Assembly (NCBI GenBank): GCA_001770205.1
Contig: MEQL01000031.1
Span: forward strand, 1 to 64,000
DNA: 64,000 nucleotides
Direction: 5' to 3'
From: Bdellovibrionales bacterium RIFOXYD12_FULL_39_22
GTDB lineage: Bacteria; Bdellovibrionota; Bacteriovoracia; Bacteriovoracales; Bacteriovoracaceae
This document shows, piece after piece, positions 1 through 13,746 of the stretch. A model generated the notes under the pieces. It saw nothing but the letters and a program-made list of their open reading frames with translations. It made no database searches and was not told the origin of the DNA. Numbering within the stretch: the stretch's first letter is position 1; every line of letters begins with the position of its first letter. A program made the translations under genes and the position numbers.

Positions 1-1
1 A

Positions 2-13
2 GCTCTTTAAAAA
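2..13 (+). promoter_or_regulatory. rrn leader boxA antitermination element
   Basis: GCTCTTTAAAAA resembles boxA (GCTCTTTAACAA), upstream of 16S; a second boxA-like GATCTTTAACAA lies in the ITS at ~2072-2083. Confidence 0.6.
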
Positions 14-66
14 CTAAATATTAGATTAAAAAGAATCATCAACTTAGGTTGATGGTTACCACGATG

Positions 67-82
67 AGAAAGACCATGGCAT
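67..82 (+). other. 5' arm of the 16S processing stem
   Basis: AGAAAGACCATGGCAT pairs with ATGCTATGGTCTTTCT at ~1905-1920; an equivalent 23S stem pairs ~2091-2122 with ~5113-5144. Confidence 0.7.
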
Positions 83-310
83 ACACAAAGTTGTATGCAA
101 AAAGACTGATGTAACTAAATCGTTGCTTAAAGGTGGAAGTTGAAGCGGAAGTTGAGTGGAATGTTTGTAGAGCAGGAAACGGCAAGTAAAGTGGAAGCGG
201 ATGAAGTGGAATAAGCAATAAGGTCAGTGCCAGCGGCCCGTCTCGCTGGAGTTATTAAAGATTTAGATCAAAACGATAAATCGAACATAGTTTTTTTTAT
301 AACGTTTTAA

Positions 311-1866
<1,556 letters not shown>

Positions 1867-1962
1867 TAAAGGACAACTTGTTCTTACGATCAAGGATACA
1901 ACGGATGCTATGGTCTTTCTTTTTTAGTGGATAAGCTGTTTACCGGACATTTTAGATATTGT

Positions 1963-2039
1963 GGGACTGTAGCTCAGCTGGTTAGAGTACGTCCCTGATA
2001 AGGACGGGGTCGAAGGTTCGAGTCCTTCTAGTCCCACCA
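1963..2039 (+). tRNA. tRNA-Ile(GAT)
   Basis: 77 nt; acceptor GGGACTG/TAGTCCC, anticodon arm CGTCC-CTGATAA-GGACG, GGTTCGAGT T-loop, encoded CCA; the only tRNA seen in the ITS. Confidence 0.98.
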
Positions 2040-2177
2040 TTATTATGTTTATGGTGCGAGGTAGCGGCAAAGATCTTTAACAATCACATAACAGGATCAG
2101 ATAGAAGACGAGAAACCTAGAAATAAAAGTTGAAAGAAAGATTTATTCCAATTTCAAAAAGATTCAAGATAGAAAAA

Positions 2178-5103
<2,926 letters not shown>

Positions 5104-5164
5104 TCTTGAATGATTCTAGGTTTCGAAGATCTATCTGATCTTGTTTTGTGATTGTTAAAATTTT

Positions 5165-5277
5165 GGTGTGTCTATAGCGGAGGGGAAACACCCGATACAT
5201 TCCGAACTCGGAAGTTAAGCCCTCCAGCGGCGAAGTTAGTGCCAGGGTAACTTGGTGTGAGAATAGCACGATGCACC
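5165..5277 (+). rRNA. rrf: 5S rRNA
   Basis: Terminal helix GGTGTG/TGCACC and conserved CCGAACTCGGAAGTTAAGC, directly after 23S. Confidence 0.96.
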
Positions 5278-5280
5278 TTC

Positions 5281-5315
5281 AAAAAAAGGCCATATGAAAA
5301 TATGGCCTTTTTTTT
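5281..5315. terminator. Bidirectional intrinsic terminator
   Basis: A7-GGCCATAT-GAAA-ATATGGCC-T8 between rrn and a convergent CDS. Confidence 0.9.
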
Positions 5316-5347
5316 GCTGAAATTATCTTTAGGTACATACGTGTAAT

Positions 5348-5854
5348 TTATACGGCATCAAGTAATTCGCTGACTACCTTTGAGTAAGTAGAGTATCCCC
5401 AGAAGATTAATCTTTTTTCGTGCAATTTATTTTTTGTATCATCACGACCTTTATCTTGATCAATGTTTCGCACAAATTCTTCTAGATTATGCAAATGAGC
5501 ATCTAATATTTTTTCTTCTTTCGCGGTTAGCCAGATTTTTTTTACTTTCAAACATGGACGTTCATTAATTTCTTTTTTGAAATAACTACTAATTAGGCCA
5601 GAAAATATATCTTTGATTTCTTCCTTAATATTTTCTTCCTGATTTATACTTACTAGCCAATTATGTTTTTCTTGATTGTTTAGAAAATATATTCCATTTT
5701 TATAAGTTACAATGTTTTTCATCACTAAATTAGGCAAAAGATTTGCTAAAAGATTATGATCAAGATGTGTATCGATTTCAATCTCAAATATATTTTTTCC
5801 TTTTTTTTGTAGTGATTCTAAAATAATTCGTTCAACAACTAATAGGCCATTCAT
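5348..5854 (-). CDS. Hypothetical protein, possible N-terminal winged helix
   Basis: 168 aa ORF with GGAG RBS; N-terminal pattern ILESLQK..NIFEIEIDT..LPNLVMKNIV..Y is wHTH-like. Confidence 0.6.
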   Translation of the reverse strand: MNGLLVVERIILESLQKKGKNIFEIEIDTHLDHNLLANLLPNLVMKNIVTYKNGIYFLNNQEKHNWLVSINQEENIKEEIKDIFSGLISSYFKKEINERPCLKVKKIWLTAKEEKILDAHLHNLEEFVRNIDQDKGRDDTKNKLHEKRLIFWGYSTYSKVVSELLDAV

Positions 5855-5897
5855 ATTGTCTCCTTTTATTTAAATTTACTGTGATCTTAAACTAACT

Positions 5898-6236
5898 TTA
5901 GGCCACAAGTTGTATTGAAATATTTTCTTGTGGTTTTTGCATAAACTCCCACAATGATAGTTTGCGCATCATAAGTATTTTTATCTCACTTTGCGATTTG
6001 CGCGAAAGGCGTTCTAAGCAACGCTTGGATAGTTGCGGGAGTTCGTTTATGTTAGCATCATGCTTGGCAATGAAGTTTTTAAATTTTTCATACTCAGATA
6101 GCTTCATCTCTGCTCCTTGTAGTAGCCTAAAGACTCTTGTGATGTTAATGCCAAGATCCTCAGACATTTTTTTTAGTGTACTTTTATTACCGATTAGATC
6201 GAAATAGTTTTGGATAATTGCTTGTTGAAGAATCAT
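5898..6236 (-). CDS. Small HTH (XRE-like) DNA-binding protein
   Basis: TLKKMSEDLGINITRVFRLLQG helix-turn-helix pattern; AGGAGGG RBS. Confidence 0.65.
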   Translation of the reverse strand: MILQQAIIQNYFDLIGNKSTLKKMSEDLGINITRVFRLLQGAEMKLSEYEKFKNFIAKHDANINELPQLSKRCLERLSRKSQSEIKILMMRKLSLWEFMQKPQENISIQLVA

Positions 6237-6262
6237 ATTTCCCTCCTGTTAAGAGACACTTA

Positions 6263-6278
6263 AGCAAGGTATGTGCCA
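6263..6278 (-). promoter_or_regulatory. Sigma-54 (-24/-12) promoter
   Basis: Minus strand TGGCAC-ATACC-TTGCT matches TGGCAC-N5-TTGCW exactly, 26 nt before the HTH gene start. Confidence 0.75.
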
Positions 6279-6380
6279 AGATAATTCAAAATAATTGTTT
6301 GAGAAAACAACGGTTTGAGACAAGACTGTTTGTTGCAAATTGAGAAAGAGTGTTCTCAAAAAAGAAACGTGAATATTAAA

Positions 6381-9300
6381 TTAAACGGAAAAATATTTTG
6401 CATCTTCATGATGAAAAACTAGTGCTGACACGGAAGCCTCCGGATCCATCATGAAGGAATCGGTTAAATTCAATCCAATGTCGCTAGCAGGATTTAGTAA
6501 GTCATATATGATTTTTTGATCTTCTAAATTTGGGCAAGCCGGATAACCATAAGAGTAGCGACGGCCATGGTATTGAGTATGAAAACGATCGGTCATTGTG
6601 GTATCTATTGGATCTGCAAACCCCCACAGTGCCCGGATTTTAGAATGCAGATATTCCGCATAGGCCTCTGCCAGTTCCAATGTGAGAGCGGCCAGAATAT
6701 GTGATTGTAGAAAATTACCAGAAGCTTTTAATTGTTCAACTTCTTGTCGAATTTTGCTGCCGACGGTAACAAAGAAAATTGCCAAGCTATCAAAATTGTC
6801 ACTTGTGACATAGTCGGCCAGCGACAGTCCATTCTCTTTTGTTTGTCGAGGAAAAGGAAGTTGACAGATAATTTCGTCTTTCGTTGGATGATAAAGAGCG
6901 ATACTATTGTTAGTGCTTTTGCAGCGAAAAAACTGATAAACCGCTCCAGTAGTAAGCAGAGACTTTTTATATATTGCAAATGTCGTTTGTACTTGTTGGT
7001 AAACTGAAATTGCTTTTTCTGTTTCAGCATTTTTTGCGCTTTTACGAATTGAAGAAAAGTCGTTGGCAAAAAGAGCATTAGCATATTTGCCATTAATTCC
7101 AAGGTGGCGCGTCAAAAGCATCTTTGGATTTATAAAATTCCACAATTGCTCTACGGGAGTGTTTTTTAATACGTGTCGGTCAAAATCTGGCGGGATGGGA
7201 AGTTTATTTATTATTTTTATTTCACTAGAACGAGTGGTCGAGGATGTTCCACCATCAAAGGAAACTGATTCGCTTGAAGTAGAAGCGGTGGAAGGTGCGA
7301 CTAGTGCATTATGATGATTGATCAACAGATTTTCGTATTCTTTTTTATCTACGATTTTATTTGCTAAATCAAGGCCACTCATAGCGTCTTTGGCATAGAA
7401 TGTCGCACGATTTTTATAGTTAACGGATATTTTGTTGGTGACAAAATTTTTGGATAGTGCGGCTCCTCCGCAAAGAATGGGAGTTGTGATATTGGCCGCG
7501 GCCAAATCAATGGCAGTGTTAACCATTTCGTTGGCAGATTTTACCAACAGACCGGAAAGACCAATCAGATCTGGGCGATGTTTTTGGTGAGCAATTATTA
7601 ATTGCTCTGAACTTATTTTAATTCCCAAATTTACAACATCAAAACCGTTATTAGAAAAAATTATATCAACTAAGTTTTTTCCAATGTCGTGCACATCCCC
7701 TTTGACAGTGGCCAATAATAACTTGCCACGAGAAGTAGTTTGATTTTTGGATAGATGTGGTTTTAAATAGTCAACCGCACTTTTCATAACCTCGGCAGAC
7801 TGTAAAACTTCAGCAACAATTAGTTTATTTTCGTTAAAAAGTTTTCCAACTAATTTCATTCCATCCATCAAGGGCCCATTGATAATAGATAAGGCATCGT
7901 TGTTATTAAGTAAGAGATTTAGATTTTTTTCTAAATCGCCCTTCATTCCATCAACAATGGCAGCAGTAACAAGTTCAGAAGCAGATAACTTAGACTGCTT
8001 AGAATCTTCTGCTTTGATATCTTTTTTCCCCCGGTAAAATGCGACAAAAGGAGCAATAGAATCGGCCATACGATTCCATAAGAGATCTTCACAAAGTTTA
8101 ATTTCTTCAGAAGAGATTGAGGCAAAGCGTTTAAGTTTTTGGGCGTTGACGATGGCCAAATCCAATCCTGCTTTTACACAATGATATAGAAAAACAGAAT
8201 TTAAAACTTCTCGTCCGGCCGGAGGGAGACCAAAGGAAACATTGGAAACACCGATAGCACTTTTGCAGCGAGGAAATCTATCTTTAATTAGACGAAGGCC
8301 TTCAATAGTTTCGATGGCAGATGTTCTATATTTTACATCACCTGTTCCGCAGGGAAACACTAGCGGATCAAAGAAGATATTCTCATCGGGAATATTCAAC
8401 TCTTTTAGCAAATAGTAAGAGCGCTCTGCTACTTCAAGTTTGCGAGACCTGGTTATGGCCATTCCATTTTCTGGATCATCATCAATAGTGCCGACTACTA
8501 GCGAGGCCCCATATTGGCAAGCAAGTGAAGCAATTTCTTTAAATTTTTTCTCTCCATTTTCAAGATTGATGGAGTTAATAATGGATTTGCCTTGGCAGTA
8601 AGTTAAAGCTTCTTCAATAACTTTTGGATCAGTGGAGTCAATCATCAATGGAGTGCGAATTTTTTTTATTAGTTGCTCTAGAAAATCTTTCATGTCAGCT
8701 AGTTCATTGCTGTCTGGATTGGCCAGGCAAACATCTATGATATCTGCACCATTTTTTACTTGAGTTTTAGCAATTTCTGCGGCCTCATCAAATTTTTTAG
8801 CAGCAATTAATTCTTTGAACTGCTTAGAGCCGATAACATTGGTTCGTTCGCCCACGAGGATTGGCCGTTTTTCTTCTGATAACTCTAAATAATCTACGCC
8901 GGAAAGAGTGGCCATCTTGTGTGATATAATTTTCCGTGGATTTTTTGTGGCCACCATTTTTGCAAGTTCTTGTATGTGATGGGCGTTGGTCCCACAACAG
9001 CCTCCCACCAGATTTATCCATCCTTGGTCAATAAACCCCTCAAGTACTTTTGCCATCATTGATGGAGTTTCTAAGTAGCAACCATTTTCATCAGGAAGTC
9101 CAGCGTTTGGAACACACGCAATTTTAGTATTTGCCATTTTGCTCATGGTTCGCACATGATCTGCCATAAATTCAGGTCCGGTGGCGCAGTTGATCCCAAG
9201 ATATAAAAGGGATTTATGTTCTAGCGAGGTAATAAGTGCTTCTATCGTTTGGCCGGCCAACATAGTTCCTGCGGCCTCAATAGTTACAGAAATGGCGATA

Positions 9301-9884
9301 GGAATTTTCACTTCAACGGAAGCTAGCAATTTTTCTATAGCGATTATGGCCGCCTTTATATTTCGAGTATCATTGCATGTTTCCACCAAAAAATAATCGA
9401 CTTCTCCATCGTACAATCCTTGTGCTTGTATGTAATAGCTGGCCACCAAGGCCTCAAAAGAAATTCCACCAGTGATAGTTAGTGATTTAGTTGTAGGTCC
9501 CATAGAACCTGCCACAAAGCGGACCTTCTCTGGCGTTTTTTTGCTATATAGATCTGCCATTTCCCTAGCTATTTTTCCAGAAAGCCGACTGATTTCGTAT
9601 GATTTGTCCGCTAGACCGTATTCGCCAAGGACAAAATCGATACTTCCAAAAGAGTTTGTTTCAATGATATCTGCACCAACCTCCAAATAAAGTTGGTGCA
9701 CCTTTTTTACAATATGTGGAGAGATTAAATTGAGATGCTCGTTGCATCCTTCGAATTGTTTGCCTCCGAAATCTTGAGCAGTTAGCGAAAATCCTTGCAA
9801 AGCAGTACCAGTGGCCCCATCTAATACAAGGATCTTTTTATTCAACAATTGCTGCAATAGTTCGATACGCTCTTTTCTATTCAT
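6381..9884 (-). CDS. metH: Cobalamin-dependent methionine synthase
   Basis: LDGATGT, GGCCGT Zn site, GERTN pterin domain, GDVHDIG B12 motif, RYSYGYPACP activation domain. Confidence 0.97.
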   Translation of the reverse strand: MNRKERIELLQQLLNKKILVLDGATGTALQGFSLTAQDFGGKQFEGCNEHLNLISPHIVKKVHQLYLEVGADIIETNSFGSIDFVLGEYGLADKSYEISRLSGKIAREMADLYSKKTPEKVRFVAGSMGPTTKSLTITGGISFEALVASYYIQAQGLYDGEVDYFLVETCNDTRNIKAAIIAIEKLLASVEVKIPIAISVTIEAAGTMLAGQTIEALITSLEHKSLLYLGINCATGPEFMADHVRTMSKMANTKIACVPNAGLPDENGCYLETPSMMAKVLEGFIDQGWINLVGGCCGTNAHHIQELAKMVATKNPRKIISHKMATLSGVDYLELSEEKRPILVGERTNVIGSKQFKELIAAKKFDEAAEIAKTQVKNGADIIDVCLANPDSNELADMKDFLEQLIKKIRTPLMIDSTDPKVIEEALTYCQGKSIINSINLENGEKKFKEIASLACQYGASLVVGTIDDDPENGMAITRSRKLEVAERSYYLLKELNIPDENIFFDPLVFPCGTGDVKYRTSAIETIEGLRLIKDRFPRCKSAIGVSNVSFGLPPAGREVLNSVFLYHCVKAGLDLAIVNAQKLKRFASISSEEIKLCEDLLWNRMADSIAPFVAFYRGKKDIKAEDSKQSKLSASELVTAAIVDGMKGDLEKNLNLLLNNNDALSIINGPLMDGMKLVGKLFNENKLIVAEVLQSAEVMKSAVDYLKPHLSKNQTTSRGKLLLATVKGDVHDIGKNLVDIIFSNNGFDVVNLGIKISSEQLIIAHQKHRPDLIGLSGLLVKSANEMVNTAIDLAAANITTPILCGGAALSKNFVTNKISVNYKNRATFYAKDAMSGLDLANKIVDKKEYENLLINHHNALVAPSTASTSSESVSFDGGTSSTTRSSEIKIINKLPIPPDFDRHVLKNTPVEQLWNFINPKMLLTRHLGINGKYANALFANDFSSIRKSAKNAETEKAISVYQQVQTTFAIYKKSLLTTGAVYQFFRCKSTNNSIALYHPTKDEIICQLPFPRQTKENGLSLADYVTSDNFDSLAIFFVTVGSKIRQEVEQLKASGNFLQSHILAALTLELAEAYAEYLHSKIRALWGFADPIDTTMTDRFHTQYHGRRYSYGYPACPNLEDQKIIYDLLNPASDIGLNLTDSFMMDPEASVSALVFHHEDAKYFSV

Positions 9885-10030
9885 GATGGATGCCTTTTAT
9901 ATTTATATTAATAGTAAATGCTGGGTAATTTCTAATATAAGAATAAAGTGACGACAACAATTTATTTTGGTGTTACCCTTTTTGCATACCATGCTGGAAC
10001 TATTTTTGAGTGGTAAAACAGGGATGTTTG

Positions 10031-11725
10031 ATGAGAATTACTAGTTTCGTAGTTTTTACGGCAATTTGCTATATGCTGGCCGGCCAAATAAGCTTGGCCG
10101 CAGAGAGCGATTTTCCTGTAGATGATTTTTTGCGGCCGAGAATTGATTTTTGGAAAAAGGTTTACACTGAAATATCTATTGATGAGTGGTTTCTACACGA
10201 TATGGATGATCTATCTATTATCTACGGAAGCGTATCTGTAGATCATACGCTATCTCCTAGGATGAGAACGCGAATTTTGAATGAAAAAAAGAAAGACGTT
10301 CAAGGACAGCTTAAAAAAATTATTCTAAATAAGGGGCAAAATCTATCGCCGGCCTTGGCGGAATTATTCAAAAAAATTGAGCATGTTAAAAATCTTGACC
10401 GGCTAATGTATAATATTCGAACCCAACAGGGAATGTCGGATAAGTTTAAACGTGGCATTGAAACATCAACCAAATATCTAGAAAAAATAGAAAATATTAT
10501 TGAGCGAGAAGGCCTTCCGCGAGAAATAATGTTTTTGCCACACGTAGAGAGTTCTTTTGATTATACTGCTTATTCGAAAGTAGGAGCGGCGGGAGTTTGG
10601 CAATTTATGCGCTCAACTGGACGGTTGTATCGGTTGAAGCAGACTTATATTATCGATGAAAGACGTGATCCCATGTTGGCAACTGAGGCGGCTATACATT
10701 TACTGAAATACAATTATTCGAAAGTACAAAGTTGGCCTTTAGCGGTTACCGCGTATAATTTTGGTCTCATGGGAATTGAGCGGGCGGTGGCGGCCACAAA
10801 AACTTCTTCATTGTCAGAGATAATTAAAAATTATGATGGCCGACGCTTCGGTTTTGCGTCTAAGAATTTCTATGTATCATTTATTGCTGCAGTAGAGATT
10901 GCTAAAAATCCAGAAAAATATTTTAAGAATCTGCAAATGGCACCGGCAATTGATTTTATGCAAGTGGCGCTGCCTAAAAGTTTGGCCATGTCACAAATTG
11001 GAAAAGTTTTAGAGTTGGATATGTCAACATTGAGAGAATATAATTTATCTCTGAGACCAATTGTTTTTGAAAGAGATATTGCACTACCGGCCAATTTTGG
11101 TCTAAAAGTTCCGAGGATGTCAAAAGAGGTCCTGATTGCACTTGATAAAAAAATGTCAGAAGCTGAAGAATTTAAGCCTATATCAAAAAAGATTTTTGAA
11201 CCGGTGATACAAAAGATGGAGAATACGTCTATGGTTGTGCCATCTGCAGAAAGCGCAATAACACAGACAAAATTTGACGATTACATAAACTCATATAATT
11301 TTAATATTGTGAAGGTAGAGCAAGATCTTTATAAAATCTCAGTAGAAATAGATGAGACGCCCGGCCATTATGCAGATTGGTTAGTTACGCAACTAGCAAC
11401 ACTCAGCAAGTTAAATGGAAGAAGTATTCGGCGAATTAATTTGGGAGAAACTATTTTGTTACCAATAAAGGATGAGAAAATAAGTAGTTTTAATAAGCAA
11501 AGAGTTGAATATCATCAGTCAATTATTGAGGATTTTTTTAATAACTATCGTGTTGCTGGATCTTTTGATTATAAAGTTCGTTCTGGTGACAGTGTTTCTA
11601 GAATAATAACTAAAAATGATATTCCCATGTGGTTATTAAGAAGTTATATGAAAACTGGCGTTCAGTTGTCAGCAGGAGAAGTAATTAAGATTCCGGTTAT
11701 TGAGGAGATAAGTAGTAAATTGTAA
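10031..11725 (+). CDS. MltD-like lytic transglycosylase with LysM
   Basis: Signal peptide, SLT motifs HVESSF / AAGVWQF / AYNFG, C-terminal YKVRSGDSVSRI LysM; ORF track start 10010. Confidence 0.88.
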   Translation: MRITSFVVFTAICYMLAGQISLAAESDFPVDDFLRPRIDFWKKVYTEISIDEWFLHDMDDLSIIYGSVSVDHTLSPRMRTRILNEKKKDVQGQLKKIILNKGQNLSPALAELFKKIEHVKNLDRLMYNIRTQQGMSDKFKRGIETSTKYLEKIENIIEREGLPREIMFLPHVESSFDYTAYSKVGAAGVWQFMRSTGRLYRLKQTYIIDERRDPMLATEAAIHLLKYNYSKVQSWPLAVTAYNFGLMGIERAVAATKTSSLSEIIKNYDGRRFGFASKNFYVSFIAAVEIAKNPEKYFKNLQMAPAIDFMQVALPKSLAMSQIGKVLELDMSTLREYNLSLRPIVFERDIALPANFGLKVPRMSKEVLIALDKKMSEAEEFKPISKKIFEPVIQKMENTSMVVPSAESAITQTKFDDYINSYNFNIVKVEQDLYKISVEIDETPGHYADWLVTQLATLSKLNGRSIRRINLGETILLPIKDEKISSFNKQRVEYHQSIIEDFFNNYRVAGSFDYKVRSGDSVSRIITKNDIPMWLLRSYMKTGVQLSAGEVIKIPVIEEISSKL

Positions 11726-11748
11726 TTAATATTTGAAATTTTAGAGAG

Positions 11749-13725
11749 ATGGTTATGAGTGATACATCGACACCCGGCCAGACAACTGGTTTTTTCACTA
11801 AGCTGGTAGAGTTTCTTTCGGATGATACTTTTTCGCTGGATCAATTAACTTTGCTATGGAATGGCCACGATCCGGAGTATTGGAGCAAAACCGTAAAATT
11901 GTACCATCTCTTTGCAGAAAGGGTATTAAGTTTTGCATCCCCACTGCTTTCATATGATATCGTAAGTGAAGGAATAAAATTTTTTCCTCAGGATGCCAAA
12001 TTACGGCAGTTGCAGGCCTTGACGCTTGCAAGAATAAATGTAAGCGATCGGGCCAACCAGGTTATTTTAGAACTGTTTAACGAAGGCCATAGAGATAAAG
12101 AAACACTTGGTTTGTTGGCCAGAACCAATAAAGATTTATGGCAGCACGAGACTAATTTAGAGAAAAAAAATAAATATAAAGAGACGGCCGTTAAATATTA
12201 TTTGGAGGCATATAACTTATATAAAAGTTCCTGGACTGGAATTAACGCTGCCACTCTTTTTTATATTTCTAAAAATATAGATCAGGCGATAAAAATTGCC
12301 AAAGAGCTGAAGACTAATATTTTAGCAGAATTTCAGAAATATGCTGGAGAAGATGGAGAATATTGGACTTTGGCCACATTGGGTGAGGCATCACTTATTT
12401 TGCATGAGTTTGACGAGGCCATAAAATATTATGGAGAGGCGCAAAAGCATTCACAAAAAAAATATGGAAATATCAATAGCACTTGGAAAAATGCGCAAAT
12501 GCTAATAGACAGTATGGCAATTTCGACAGAGGTGCAGGCAAATATTATTCGAAGCTTTGATTTTCCAGAAGTGTTAATTTTTTCTGGGCATATGGTTGAT
12601 GGCCCGAATAAAGCTCGACAGCGTTTTCCCGAATCGATTTCAGATCAAGTTTATGAAGAAATTTTCAAGCGAATATCGGGAAGCAAAAATTTGATAACAT
12701 TTTCTTCACTAGCAAATGGAGCGGATATTTTATTTGTGGAGGCGGCAGAAAAATTAGAGGCAAAGATTAATATTGTTTTGCCATGTTCTCCAGATCTATT
12801 CAATAAAACCAGTGTCCTTAATTATGGAAATATCAATTGGAGTGAACGCTTTTATCGTATTATGGATTCAGCAATTATAAAGCATGTTTTACATCGCAAT
12901 ACGAACCAGTTGACTAGCTCTGTTTATACCTTTGCCAACGAAATAACTTATGGACTAGGTCGAATAAATGCCAAAGATTTAAATGCACAGGTTAAAACCA
13001 TGGCAGTATTGAGTCATTTGGATAATGGCCGGCCGGGAGGGGCCCGTTCAGTTGTTGATTTTTGGAGATCACAAAATGAAGTCCCAGATATTATTAATTT
13101 GGATCAGGTAAGTAGAAAAAAAATAATATTACAACGGCCTGGAATAATTGCAGACGATGAAAAAAAATCTTCATCACCGGAAGATGAGAAGCGGAAAAGG
13201 ATGGCAGTATTGTTTGCAGATACAGAAAACTATAGCAAGTTAAAAGATGAAGAGTTTCCTCTTTTTGAAAAATATATTCTGGGCCTGGCGCAAAGACTTA
13301 TTGAGGAAAGAAAATATTGTGTTTGTAGTAAAAATAGTTGGGGAGATGCTCTGTTTTTAGTCTTTGAAAATATAAAAGAGGCTGGTATGTTTGCCTTAGA
13401 GTTTACAGAAGAAATTGCCATAACGGATTGGGCGGCCAAAGGATTTAGTCAAACAATACGATTGCGAATTGCCTTGCATGCTGGAATAATTTTTGAAACC
13501 ACCAATCCGATAAATGGACAGATTACTCATAATGGAGAAGATGTTTGTAGAACTGCCCGCATTGAGGGAGTTACTCCATCAGGCCAAGTTTTTGCAAGTA
13601 TGGAGTTTGCAACGTTGGCGGCAGCAGAACATATAACAGAATTTGAGTGTACTTATGTGGGGAAAATGGTGATGCCCAAAAGATATGGTATTTTTCCCAC
13701 TTACCATGTGAGGAAAGCTTTTTAG
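11749..13725 (+). CDS. TPR-S (DUF4071/TRAF-binding-like) + SLOG-like + class III nucleotide cyclase
   Basis: ETLGLLARTNKDLW, WTGINAATL, YWTLATLGEA (TPR-S); FSGHMVD..RFP..SSLANGADILF (SLOG-like); LFAD491, WGD533, RIALHAG, RTARIE (cyclase). Confidence 0.85.
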   Translation: MVMSDTSTPGQTTGFFTKLVEFLSDDTFSLDQLTLLWNGHDPEYWSKTVKLYHLFAERVLSFASPLLSYDIVSEGIKFFPQDAKLRQLQALTLARINVSDRANQVILELFNEGHRDKETLGLLARTNKDLWQHETNLEKKNKYKETAVKYYLEAYNLYKSSWTGINAATLFYISKNIDQAIKIAKELKTNILAEFQKYAGEDGEYWTLATLGEASLILHEFDEAIKYYGEAQKHSQKKYGNINSTWKNAQMLIDSMAISTEVQANIIRSFDFPEVLIFSGHMVDGPNKARQRFPESISDQVYEEIFKRISGSKNLITFSSLANGADILFVEAAEKLEAKINIVLPCSPDLFNKTSVLNYGNINWSERFYRIMDSAIIKHVLHRNTNQLTSSVYTFANEITYGLGRINAKDLNAQVKTMAVLSHLDNGRPGGARSVVDFWRSQNEVPDIINLDQVSRKKIILQRPGIIADDEKKSSSPEDEKRKRMAVLFADTENYSKLKDEEFPLFEKYILGLAQRLIEERKYCVCSKNSWGDALFLVFENIKEAGMFALEFTEEIAITDWAAKGFSQTIRLRIALHAGIIFETTNPINGQITHNGEDVCRTARIEGVTPSGQVFASMEFATLAAAEHITEFECTYVGKMVMPKRYGIFPTYHVRKAF

Positions 13726-13746
13726 CAGCAAGGAAAGGAACAGTGA

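Noticed and set aside
9885..10030. SAM or cobalamin riboswitch upstream of metH
   Set aside because: Short AT-rich divergent spacer with no recognisable aptamer motifs
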